NCBI GenBank assembly: GCA_050696075.1
Contig: JBOGUF010000149.1
Coordinates: 10,507 to 74,506 of the forward strand
Direction: 5' to 3'
DNA length: 64,000 bases
DNA from: Thermomicrobiales bacterium
Lineage (GTDB): Bacteria > Chloroflexota > Chloroflexia > Thermomicrobiales > UBA6265
Both the position numbers and the translations under genes were made by a program. Positions 9,042 to 17,357 of the stretch are shown here, piece by piece (positions within the stretch are counted from its first letter, which is position 1; the number at the start of each line of letters is the position of its first letter). The notes under the pieces are model-generated. The model saw nothing but the letters and a program-made list of their open reading frames with translations, was not told the origin of the DNA and did not search any database.

Positions 9042-11468
9042 TCAGATAATCCCCAACTGGAAGCCGAGGGCGACAGCGGCGGCGCGGTTGTCGATGCCGA
9101 GCTTGACGAAGATGTTGGTGACGTGGGTGGTGGCGGTGCGGTGGCTGATGAAGAGCGCCTCGCCGATCTCGCGGCTCGACTTGCCCTCAGCCAGCAGGCG
9201 CAGCACTTCCAACTCGCGGGGCGTGATACCGGCACTCTCGGCGGCGGTGCGGACGGCGGGCGGGGCGGCAGGGTGGCTGGCGACGATCGCCGCGGCGTCG
9301 GCCACCGCCTGTTCGAGGGAGAGGTCGCGGCCGGCGATCCAGGCGGCGCGGAACCCTTCTTCGCCGAGCTGCTGCTTGGCAAGGGCGGTCGCGCGGTCGT
9401 ATTGGGCGCTGATGTAGGGTTGGAGGCTGAGGCCGATTCCCTCGCGGAGGGCGTCGGCGGCGGCGAAGAGGCGGACGGCGACCTCCGCCTGCTGGTGGGC
9501 GGCGGCGATGGCGGCGAGCCCGTGCAGGATCTCGACGACGCCCCACGGGTCGCGGTCGCCTTGTTCCCAGCCAAGGGTAAGGCTCTCGCGAAAGAGTTCG
9601 GCGGCGCGCTCGTCGTCGCCCTGGGCACGGGCGTAGATGGCGAGGTTGAGGAGGGCGGTGCCGATGCCCCAGATGTTGCCGAGGCGGCGCCAGCGGTCGA
9701 GCGCCTCCTGGTAGTGCCCGCCGGCGGCTTTCCAATTGCCGCGCTCGAAGGTTTCGATGCCGAACCGGTTGAGGGCGAACGGCACCCACGCGTCGTCGCC
9801 GAGCTCGTGGAAGAGGGCGAGGGCCGATTCGGCGTGGGAAGCCGCGTCGTCATGGTTGCCACGGGCGCCCTCGGCGAAGCTGAGGGTGAAGAGGCCACGG
9901 GCCCGGATTCGCGTGTCGCCGGCGTCTTCGGCAATGGCGATGGCTTCGCGCGCGAGATGGGCGCCGCGTTCGCCGTCGCCTTGGACGCTGGCGAAGAAGG
10001 CGGAGGCGAGCATCGCCCGCGCGCGGACGATCGGCGACACCTCGTCGGCCGCCGCGAGGAGACGGTCGTACCACCCGCGCCCTTCGGTGAGGTAGCCGCG
10101 CGTTTGCCAGAACCACCAGAGTGCGCGGGCCAGGCGGAGCGCCGTTTCGGGATCGCGTTCGGCGCTCCAGTCGAGCGCGGCGCGGAAGTTGGCGTGCTCC
10201 CATTCGAGCCGGTCGAGCCAGGCGATCTGGTCCAGGCCCCAGACGGCCGGTTCGGCTTCCTCGGCCAAAGCCAGCGCCCAGGCGGCGTGCCGCGCCCACG
10301 CCTCATCCTCTTCACCGGCCGCCACGAGTTGCTCGATCCCGAACTCGCGGATCGTTTGGAGCATCCAGAATCGCGGTTCCCCGCCCCGCTCGTCCTGTCG
10401 CAGCAGGCTCTTGTCGACGAGGGAGGCGAGACCGTCGAGGACGGAGTCATGCGTCGTGAGTCGTGGGTTGTGCGTAGCTCGTTCGTTGTTCCTCACGTCT
10501 CGCGACTCACGGCTCACGACTCGTTCGGCGGCGTCGAGCGAGCAGCCGCGGGCGAAGACGGCGAGGCGGCGGAAGAGGGTTTGCTCCTCCTCGTCGAGCA
10601 AGTCGTAGCTCCAGGCGATGGCGTCGCGCATCGTTTGGAGGCGGACAGGGAGGTCGCGCGGGCCGCCGGTGAGGACGTGCAGGCGGTTGGTGAGGCGAGC
10701 GAGCAGGGCTTGCGGCGAGAGGACTTTGACGCGGGCGGCGGCGAGCTCGATGGCGAGCGGCAGCCCGTCGAGGCGGCGGCAGATCTCGGCGACCGCGGCG
10801 GCGTTCGCCTCGGTGAGGGCGAATTCGGGACGGACGGCGCGGGCACGTTGGAGGAAGAGGGCGACAGCGTGGTTCGCCTCGAGATCGCCAAGCTGTGCGA
10901 TGCGGCCCGCGGGCAGCGGCAGTGGCGCGACCGGGAATTCATGCTCCCCGGTGAGGTGGAGCGAGACCCGGCTGGTAACGAGCGCCTTGACGCCGGGACA
11001 GGCGGCGAGCAGATTGGTGATGACCGGCGCGGCGGACGCGACCTGCTCGAAGCTGTCGATCACCAACAGCAGCGACTGGTGATGGAGCAGACGGTGGAGG
11101 CGCTGATCGACGGGCTCGTCGCCCTCATTGCGCAAATCGAACGCGCGCGCGATAGCGGGGAGGACGAGGGCGGGGTCGCGGATGGAGGCGAGGGGCACGA
11201 ACCAGACACCGTCGGGGAAGGCGTCCCGGAGGTCGGTGGCGGCTTGCAGGGCGAGGCGGGACTTGCCGACGCCGCTCGGTCCGGTCAGGGTGACGAGAGG
11301 GACGTGCTCCTCGGCGAGCAAGGCGCGGACGCCGGCGATCTCCTCGTCGCGGCCGATCAGGGGAGTGCGAGGCGTCGGCAGGCGCGCTCCGCCGCCCCCA
11401 TCGGGGCGGCGGAGCGGGGTCAGCATCGTTGGGCGCGTCTCTGGAGCCGCGGGCGTCGGGGTGGACAA
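9042..11468 (-). CDS. LuxR-family transcriptional regulator with N-terminal AAA/NB-ARC-like ATPase and TPR region
   Basis: 808 aa. Walker A GPSGVGKSRL, TPR-like repeats, and a C-terminal LuxR HTH (TPRELEVLRLLAEGKSSREIGEALFISHRTATTHVTNIFVKLG). Confidence 0.9.
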   Translation of the reverse strand: MSTPTPAAPETRPTMLTPLRRPDGGGGARLPTPRTPLIGRDEEIAGVRALLAEEHVPLVTLTGPSGVGKSRLALQAATDLRDAFPDGVWFVPLASIRDPALVLPAIARAFDLRNEGDEPVDQRLHRLLHHQSLLLVIDSFEQVASAAPVITNLLAACPGVKALVTSRVSLHLTGEHEFPVAPLPLPAGRIAQLGDLEANHAVALFLQRARAVRPEFALTEANAAAVAEICRRLDGLPLAIELAAARVKVLSPQALLARLTNRLHVLTGGPRDLPVRLQTMRDAIAWSYDLLDEEEQTLFRRLAVFARGCSLDAAERVVSRESRDVRNNERATHNPRLTTHDSVLDGLASLVDKSLLRQDERGGEPRFWMLQTIREFGIEQLVAAGEEDEAWARHAAWALALAEEAEPAVWGLDQIAWLDRLEWEHANFRAALDWSAERDPETALRLARALWWFWQTRGYLTEGRGWYDRLLAAADEVSPIVRARAMLASAFFASVQGDGERGAHLAREAIAIAEDAGDTRIRARGLFTLSFAEGARGNHDDAASHAESALALFHELGDDAWVPFALNRFGIETFERGNWKAAGGHYQEALDRWRRLGNIWGIGTALLNLAIYARAQGDDERAAELFRESLTLGWEQGDRDPWGVVEILHGLAAIAAAHQQAEVAVRLFAAADALREGIGLSLQPYISAQYDRATALAKQQLGEEGFRAAWIAGRDLSLEQAVADAAAIVASHPAAPPAVRTAAESAGITPRELEVLRLLAEGKSSREIGEALFISHRTATTHVTNIFVKLGIDNRAAAVALGFQLGII
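10453..10523. repeat. inverted heptamer arrays (GTCGTGA / TCACGNC) embedded in frame in the LuxR CDS
   Basis: Left arm gtcgtgagtcgtgggttgtgcg. Spacer tagctcgttcgttgttc. Right arm ctcacgtctcgcgactcacggctcacgactcg. The element encodes RVVSRESRDVRNNERATHNPRLTTHD. Confidence 0.8.
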
Positions 11469-11728
11469 CCATTCCTCCGATCAGCGAGCACATATCGGGC
11501 ACATGATGATTTCGCGCGGGTGGAACGTCAACCTGCGACCCGCGACCTGAAAGACGCGACCTGCCGCCGCGTTGCGAGCCGGTGTCCACGGATGGAACGT
11601 CGGGACCCTGATTCCGTTCCCCGCGGCGGGCGACGACGCGGATTCTGCGAAGATCGGAGCGAGCGAAGAGGCGCCCGGTCCTCTTTACGCGGTTCGTCAA
11701 TGCGCCGGGCAGCCCCTACCGCGCGTTC

Positions 11729-11923
11729 TTGGATTGGGAAGATTGCGCCACCGAGCCGGAGACGACGATCGCGCCGGAGTTGACGGCCTATGTCCGACCA
11801 GAGCTGACGTTCGCGAAACTGGGGTACGCCGGCATCCCGGAGACGCTCGGTGCGTATCCGCGGGACCTGGGGATGAACGAGCGGATGTTAGGGGCGCCAA
11901 ATGTGGTCGCGGCGGAGGAGTAG
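11729..11923 (+). CDS. possible small protein (64 aa), uncertain
   Basis: ORF with GC3-rich, coding-like codon usage. No recognisable family or clear RBS. Confidence 0.3.
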   Translation: MDWEDCATEPETTIAPELTAYVRPELTFAKLGYAGIPETLGAYPRDLGMNERMLGAPNVVAAEE

Positions 11924-11929
11924 CGAGCG

Positions 11930-12151
11930 CTATTCTCGCCACCATTCTCCGAAGATGCGGCCAAGCAGCAGCACGATGACGTGGCCGGCGAACGCGCCGG
12001 CGATGTAGCCGCCGATCAGGTGGAAGAGTCCCGCCGGGCTCAGGCCTTCCCCACTGAGCGAGAGCAAGAGGAAGCCGACGATCGCGCCAAGGATCACGGA
12101 CGCGCCGAGCGGACCGCAGCCGGCCCCAAAGCGGAAGCCACCTGGTGTCAT
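11930..12151 (-). CDS. GlsB/YeaQ/YmgE family stress-response membrane protein
   Basis: 73 aa, Gly-rich with 3 TM helices (GAIVGFLLL...LIGGYIAGAFAGHVIVLLLGRIF), typical of transglycosylase-associated proteins. Confidence 0.8.
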   Translation of the reverse strand: MTPGGFRFGAGCGPLGASVILGAIVGFLLLSLSGEGLSPAGLFHLIGGYIAGAFAGHVIVLLLGRIFGEWWRE

Positions 12152-12167
12152 GCTGGGGTGGCGTCCA

Positions 12168-13277
12168 TCACGCGATGCGCTCTTCGGTCTGGGGGTCGAA
12201 GAAGGCGGCGCGGCGGAAGCCGAAGTGGAAGTCGAGGTTGGCGTCGGGCTGGACGGTCAGGTGCGGATCGACGCGGCCGGTGTAGGTGCGGCCGCCGAGG
12301 TCGAAGTAGAGGAGCGCTTCGGAGCCGAGGTATTCGACGACCTTGACGGCTGCCTGGAAGCGGGCAGGCGGTCCCTCCACGCCGTTCGGTCCGACGTGGA
12401 GGTCCTCGGGGCGGATGCCAAGGGCGACGGGCTGGCCGACGAGTTCGGCGTAGCGGGCGCCGATTGCTGATGGCAGATCGACAACGAAGCCGTCGCCGAC
12501 GAGCTTCAAGCCGTCGGCTTGCTCCAGGCGACCGTGCATGATGTTCATCGGCGGCGACCCGATGAAGCCCGCGACGAAGAGGTTGGCCGGGTGATCGTAA
12601 AGGGCGCGCGGATCGGCCACCTGCTGGACGACGCCCTTGTTCATGACCACGATCTTTTGGCCCAGGGTCATCGCCTCGACCTGGTCGTGGGTGACGTAGA
12701 CCATGGTCGCGTCCAGGCGCTTGTGCAGTTCAGCGAGCTCGACGCGCATCGCGACCCGGAGTTGGGCGTCGAGATTGGAGAGCGGCTCGTCGAAGAGAAA
12801 AACCTTGGGTGAGCGGACAATGCAGCGGCCGAGCGCGACCCGCTGGCGCTGACCGCCGGAGAGTTCGCGCGGCCGGCGGTCGAGCATGGCGCTGATGCCG
12901 AGCATCTCCGCGGCGGAGCGGACCTTGGCGTCGACTACTTTCTTGGGGACGCCGAGGTTCACCAGGCCGAAGCTCATGTTCTTATAAACGCTCATGTGGG
13001 GGTAGAGCGCGTAGTCCTGGAAGACCATCGCGATGTCGCGCTCCTTCGGGTGCAGTTTGTTGACGACCCGATCGCCGATGGTGATCGTGCCCGAGGTTTG
13101 CTTCTCCAGGCCGGCGATCATGCGCAGGGTCGTCGTCTTGCCGCAGCCGGAGGGGCCAACGAGGACGACGAAGCGCCCGTCCTCGATGGCGAGGGTGGCG
13201 TTGTCGACCGCCTTGACTTCGCCCCGCATGCGGTCCTGGAAAATCTTGGTTACGTTGGTGAGTTGGACATCCGCCAT
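12168..13277 (-). CDS. sugar ABC transporter ATP-binding protein (MalK/UgpC/MsmX-like)
   Basis: 369 aa. Walker A GPSGCGKTT, signature LSGGQRQRVALGR, Walker B VFLFDEPLSNLD, and a TOBE-like C-terminus. Confidence 0.92.
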   Translation of the reverse strand: MADVQLTNVTKIFQDRMRGEVKAVDNATLAIEDGRFVVLVGPSGCGKTTTLRMIAGLEKQTSGTITIGDRVVNKLHPKERDIAMVFQDYALYPHMSVYKNMSFGLVNLGVPKKVVDAKVRSAAEMLGISAMLDRRPRELSGGQRQRVALGRCIVRSPKVFLFDEPLSNLDAQLRVAMRVELAELHKRLDATMVYVTHDQVEAMTLGQKIVVMNKGVVQQVADPRALYDHPANLFVAGFIGSPPMNIMHGRLEQADGLKLVGDGFVVDLPSAIGARYAELVGQPVALGIRPEDLHVGPNGVEGPPARFQAAVKVVEYLGSEALLYFDLGGRTYTGRVDPHLTVQPDANLDFHFGFRRAAFFDPQTEERIA

Positions 13278-13290
13278 GACTCTTCTCCGG

Positions 13291-13327
13291 AGGCGTTAGG
13301 CGTTAGGCGTTAGGCGTTAGGGCGTGT
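13291..13327. repeat. tandem heptamer array (AGGCGTT x ~5)
   Basis: aggcgttaggcgttaggcgttaggcgttagggcgt read directly. The inverse array is at 14411-14438, and the same heptamer recurs at 62873. Confidence 0.85.
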
Positions 13328-13334
13328 CTGCACC

Positions 13335-13435
13335 CCGTCATGCTGAGGCATCGAAGCATCCCCGCGCGAAGCGCAGCGGCGACTGACGACGATTCGGCTT
13401 CGCCGGGGGATGCTTCCCGGTGGTCAGCATGACGG
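13335..13435. repeat. REP/MITE-like nested palindrome, copy 1
   Basis: ccgtcatgctgaggc...gaagcatccccgcgcg...cgccgggggatgctt...ggtcagcatgacgg. Same family as the copies at 35931 and 58672. Intergenic within the ABC operon. Confidence 0.8.
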
Positions 13436-13460
13436 AGCGTCGCGAACATGCCCTCTCGCT

Positions 13461-14378
13461 TCATCCCTTTAATGCGCCGATTGTGAGGCCGCGTAGGAGG
13501 TAGCGTTGGAGGAGGAGGAAGATGATGATCACCGGGATGGCGGAGATGCTGGCACCGGCCATGAGCGGACCGTAGTCGATCGAGTTCTCGTAGCGGTATT
13601 GGGCGAGGCCGACGGAGAGGTTGCGCATGTCCGACGAGTTCGTGAAGAGGAGCCACCAGAAAAAGCTGTTCCATTCGTAGATGAAGGTGAAGATGGCGAC
13701 GACGGCGAGTCCAGGCTTGGCCAGCGGCAGGATGATCTTCCAGAAGATGCCGAACTCGGAGCAGGCGTCGATGCGGGCGCTGTCGATCAGGGTCGAGGGG
13801 AGCGTCTGCATGAACTGTTTGAGGAGGAACATGTTCCAGACGCTGCCAAGGCCGGGGATGATCAACACCCAGTAGGTGTTGATGAGTCTGAGGTCGGAGA
13901 TGAGCATGAAGAGCGGCACCCAAACGACGACGAAGGGGACCATGATCATGGAGAGGAGCAGCCAGAAGATCTGGCGACCGCCGGGAAAGCGCAGCTTGGC
14001 GAAGGCGTAGGCGGCCATCGCGTTGACGAAGAGGTTGCCGATGGTGACGACAATAGCGACGAGCGCGGTATTGAAGACCCACCGCGGCAGGTCGGACTCC
14101 TCGAAGATCGTGCGGTAATGGTCGAGGCTGATCGGATTAGGAATCCATTGCGGCGGCAGGCTCAGTAGTGAGGTGGATGACTTGACCGACGTGGTGAGCA
14201 TCCAATAGATCGGCAGGAGGGCAATACCGGCCCACGCGACCAAAATAGCGTAGACCAGCACCTTGGCGCCGACGTTCAGCGATCGGCTCGTTGGCAGCCA
14301 TGATGTCCGCTCGCGCGGCCGGGTTGAATCGAGCTCGGCGGCTCCGGCGGCTAATCGCTTCTCGTGGGTGATGCGCAC
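13461..14378 (-). CDS. carbohydrate ABC transporter permease
   Basis: 305 aa with the multi-TM MalG/BPD_transp_1 pattern. GTG start preceded by AGGAGG. Confidence 0.9.
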   Translation of the reverse strand: MRITHEKRLAAGAAELDSTRPRERTSWLPTSRSLNVGAKVLVYAILVAWAGIALLPIYWMLTTSVKSSTSLLSLPPQWIPNPISLDHYRTIFEESDLPRWVFNTALVAIVVTIGNLFVNAMAAYAFAKLRFPGGRQIFWLLLSMIMVPFVVVWVPLFMLISDLRLINTYWVLIIPGLGSVWNMFLLKQFMQTLPSTLIDSARIDACSEFGIFWKIILPLAKPGLAVVAIFTFIYEWNSFFWWLLFTNSSDMRNLSVGLAQYRYENSIDYGPLMAGASISAIPVIIIFLLLQRYLLRGLTIGALKG

Positions 14379-14410
14379 GACCGCGTTCCTCCTGGCTGTA
14401 CCCCGGCACC

Positions 14411-14438
14411 TAACGCCTAACGCCTAACGCCTCCGGCC
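14411..14438. repeat. tandem heptamer array (TAACGCC x 3-4), inverse of the 13291 array
   Basis: taacgcctaacgcctaacgcctccggcc read directly, just downstream of the stop of 14444..15421. Confidence 0.85.
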
Positions 14439-14443
14439 CCGTG

Positions 14444-15421
14444 TCAGTACTCGACGTCGGTCGACATCAGCTTGAATTGGAAGAGCGACAGGACGACGAT
14501 CACCGCGGCGAGAAGGAATGCCTGGGCCGACGCTAACCCGAATTGGTAGCGGGTGAAGGCGGTGAGGTAGATCTGATAGACCGCCGTAATCGTCCCGAAG
14601 TTCGGCCCGCCCTGGGTAAGCAGATAGATGAACTCGAAGACCTGGAACGAGGCGATCGTGCCGGTGACCAGCACGAAGAGGGTTGTCGGCTTGAGCAGCG
14701 GCCAGGTGATGCGTCGGAACTTGGTCCAGGCCGAAGCGGCGTCGATGTCGGCCGCCTCGTAGAGCGACTTGGGGATATTTCCCATCGCCGCCAGGTAGAG
14801 GATGACGCCGCCGCCGTGCCCGCCGAGGATGGGGATGAGCATCAGGGACCAGAGGCCGTGGGAGACGCCGAGAGTCGTGTTGGGGTCCTTGATCCAGAAC
14901 TGATTCTCGGCGCCGAAGAGCCCGACGAAATAGTTCAGGAGTCCGGCGATGGGATCGAACATCCAGTACCAGACCAGCGCGACCATGATCCCACCGATGT
15001 GGGCGGGTAAGTAATAGGCCGTCTTGAAGAAGTTTTGCGCCTTGGTGTTGAGGGGGAAGATCAACCAGGCAAGTGCCAACGAGATAACGATGCCCATGAC
15101 GACGGTGACACTGGCATAGACCGCGGTGTTCACCATCGCGCGCCGCCAGACCGAATCGGTGAGGGTGTCGCGGAAGTTCTTCAGCCCAACCCACGTCGCT
15201 TCCTGGTCGCGCCCGATCCCGACCTCCTGGAAGGCGATGAGGAACGAGCGAGCCAGCGGGTAGAGCAGAAAGAGGCCGACGAGTAGGACCAGCGGCGCAA
15301 TGAAGATATACGCCCACAGGTACTCGCGCCGGAAGTCGTTGAGCCGTTCGAGCCTGCTCGGCCGCTCGAATTCCGCGCGGGTACTGGCCGGATTGATATG
15401 TTGGGCCATCCTGTTCCCCAT
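14444..15421 (-). CDS. carbohydrate ABC transporter permease
   Basis: MalF-like multi-TM protein. The track ORF extends to 15568 across a palindromic repeat. Likely start is the ATG at 15421 or 15409 (MGNRMAQHINP...). Confidence 0.88.
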   Translation of the reverse strand: MGNRMAQHINPASTRAEFERPSRLERLNDFRREYLWAYIFIAPLVLLVGLFLLYPLARSFLIAFQEVGIGRDQEATWVGLKNFRDTLTDSVWRRAMVNTAVYASVTVVMGIVISLALAWLIFPLNTKAQNFFKTAYYLPAHIGGIMVALVWYWMFDPIAGLLNYFVGLFGAENQFWIKDPNTTLGVSHGLWSLMLIPILGGHGGGVILYLAAMGNIPKSLYEAADIDAASAWTKFRRITWPLLKPTTLFVLVTGTIASFQVFEFIYLLTQGGPNFGTITAVYQIYLTAFTRYQFGLASAQAFLLAAVIVVLSLFQFKLMSTDVEY

Positions 15422-15455
15422 CCATCCGGTGTGGGCCGCAACCGCGCCGTCACCC

Positions 15456-15642
15456 CGTCGTAGGGGAGGGACCCGCGCCGCAACTCCGCTCCCGTCGGGC
15501 GAAACCCGACATGCCGGCGTGCGGGCCGTCATGCCCCCATGGATGCGATCGCCAGCGGGAGGTCGCACTGGCCGCTGACGCGGCGTATCGCCCTACGGGC
15601 GATGGGGAGCGGAGTTGCGGCGCGGGTCCCTCCCCTACGACG
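15456..15642. repeat. 38-bp perfect inverted repeat enclosing a structured ~111-bp core (MITE- or ncRNA-like)
   Basis: cgtcgtaggggagggacccgcgccgcaactccgctccc (15456-15493) is the exact reverse complement of 15605-15642. Inner hairpins are gtcgggcgaaacccgac and atcgccctacgggcgat. Confidence 0.85.
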
Positions 15643-15655
15643 ACGGGTGGTCGCG

Positions 15656-17098
15656 TTATTCCTCCGCCATGATGCGCTCGACGTCGGAGACGATCCGTTC
15701 GAAGGCGTCTTCGGGCGACATGGCGCCGAGCATCATTGCTTCGTAACTGGGAAAGAGCCCCTCTTGCTGCGCTTTCGTCACCTTCGTGTTGATGTCCGAC
15801 GGCAGCGTGCGCGGGAGCACGCCGGCGCGGTCGAAGTACTCGCTGAAGAAGACGAGGTTGGGGTCAGCCATGTCGAGGATGCCGTTCTCCTGGCAGAAGT
15901 CGATGCCTGATTGGCGGGCCGGCACCTCATAGAGGTCCGCCGACCACACGCAGGTCGCTTCGGCCGTTGTCAAGTGCTTGGCGAAGTCGATGGCGACCCG
16001 ATAGAAGTCCGCCCCTTTGTCGTCGTCGCCCTGGAAGACGATATGGCCCGGAACGGACGTGGATGTGCCTTCCTTCTCGCCGTCGAGATGGGGGAAGGGG
16101 AGCAGCACAGGAGACAGGCAAGAGCCTTCTTCCTCTCCAGCTTCGATTTGGGCGCAGCGATTGGCCTCTTGCGGCACGGTGTAGGGGCCGGAGCGCGCGA
16201 TGAGCACCGCTTGCCAGGCGCGCCAGATCTCGACCCGGCGATCGGACTGGAGGGCGGGGGTTTCAGGCGGGGAGACGACGAGCTCGGTGTGGTAACTGAG
16301 CACGCGCTTCAAGTTCTCCAGCGCGCGCGGGTCGTTATAGAGGAACGTACCTTGTTCGTCGAAGGCGTAGGGCATCCCGGAGTTCATGTTCCAGAGCGAC
16401 CACATCTCGGGCATGCCGGAGTTGGCCCAGGTGCCGCTGTGGATCAGCCCCCACTGCTTGCCGTTGCGGCCCTCTTCCTTCGTGAGTTGCTGGGCGACCT
16501 CGGCGAACTCGTCGAAGGTCCAGCCGTTGGTCTGGATCGCCTTCCAGTCGATGCCGGCCTCTTCCAGCAGATCCTGGTTGCCGGACACGTTCCAGATTTG
16601 TTTCCAGATTGGGAAGCCCATCAGCTTGCCGTCGTAGGTGTAATACTGCAGGGTGTCCCCGAAGTCCGCCTTCTCTTCCTCAGTGAGGTACTCGTCGACG
16701 GACATCATGTAGCCGGTGTCGATCCAAGTTGGATTGAAGTAGGCGAACATGGTGTCGGGGGGCTCGCCGGCGGCGAGCTGAATGGTCACCTTCTGGGGGC
16801 CTTCTTCCCAGGTCAATTCCTCGTAATTGACCTCGACGTTGGGGTTGGCTTCGCGGAAGGTGTCGATAAAGTGTTGGAGGTTCTCTTCGTAGTGGTCCCC
16901 CTGGAACCAGGTCCAGAAGGTGAGGGAAACGTTCTCCTGGGCCGCGGTGGTGGCGTGCGCGCCATACGCCGCTACCAGGCCGGCAATCGTGGGGATTGAG
17001 AGCCGGAGGGCGATTGCGCGTTTCACCAACTCACGCCGTGAGACTCGACCGTACAGCGCATCCGCTCGGAGGATCTGGACAGCATCGTTGCTGGTCAT
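15656..17098 (-). CDS. ABC transporter substrate-binding protein (sugar, family 1)
   Basis: Tat/Sec-like leader (SRRELVKRAIALRLSIPTIAGLVAAYGAHA) and an SBP_bac_1-like body. The ATG at 17098 has an AAGGA RBS. The track ORF begins at the GTG at 17116. Confidence 0.88.
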   Translation of the reverse strand: MTSNDAVQILRADALYGRVSRRELVKRAIALRLSIPTIAGLVAAYGAHATTAAQENVSLTFWTWFQGDHYEENLQHFIDTFREANPNVEVNYEELTWEEGPQKVTIQLAAGEPPDTMFAYFNPTWIDTGYMMSVDEYLTEEEKADFGDTLQYYTYDGKLMGFPIWKQIWNVSGNQDLLEEAGIDWKAIQTNGWTFDEFAEVAQQLTKEEGRNGKQWGLIHSGTWANSGMPEMWSLWNMNSGMPYAFDEQGTFLYNDPRALENLKRVLSYHTELVVSPPETPALQSDRRVEIWRAWQAVLIARSGPYTVPQEANRCAQIEAGEEEGSCLSPVLLPFPHLDGEKEGTSTSVPGHIVFQGDDDKGADFYRVAIDFAKHLTTAEATCVWSADLYEVPARQSGIDFCQENGILDMADPNLVFFSEYFDRAGVLPRTLPSDINTKVTKAQQEGLFPSYEAMMLGAMSPEDAFERIVSDVERIMAEE

Positions 17099-17357
17099 CG
17101 TGCGTTCCTTTCTCACCGATTTCGGCTCGCCTTGCGCCGTTCCCCAACGGGCAGGGAGGGTAAGACATCGGTCCGCGGGTCAAGTGAATCCCATGGCTGC
17201 CTCCCGGTACCGGAACCGTCCGGTCTAGTGCGGGTAGCCCATCAGCTAGCAAGATGCTTGCCGAGAATGGGTCGCGTTCATCAGGCTTGCCCGATCACGT
17301 TGAACGGGGGTGATGGCGGCGGCGAGGTGTTGGACGCAGCATTGCCGCGGGCGCGAT

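Noticed and set aside
8303-10450. 715-aa ORF on the minus strand
   Set aside because: Out-of-frame overlap of the hydrolase and LuxR genes, with low-complexity Ser/Pro/Arg/Ala composition.
9123-11783. 886-aa ORF on the plus strand
   Set aside because: Antisense shadow of the LuxR gene 9042..11468. The Gly/Arg/Glu/Asp-rich nonsense composition is typical of high-GC antisense frames, and the minus-strand product has clear domains.
11729-11923. 64-aa ORF as a RiPP precursor or regulator-linked peptide
   Set aside because: No Cys/Ser/Thr-rich core, no leader motif and no maturation enzymes nearby. Kept only as a low-confidence ORF.
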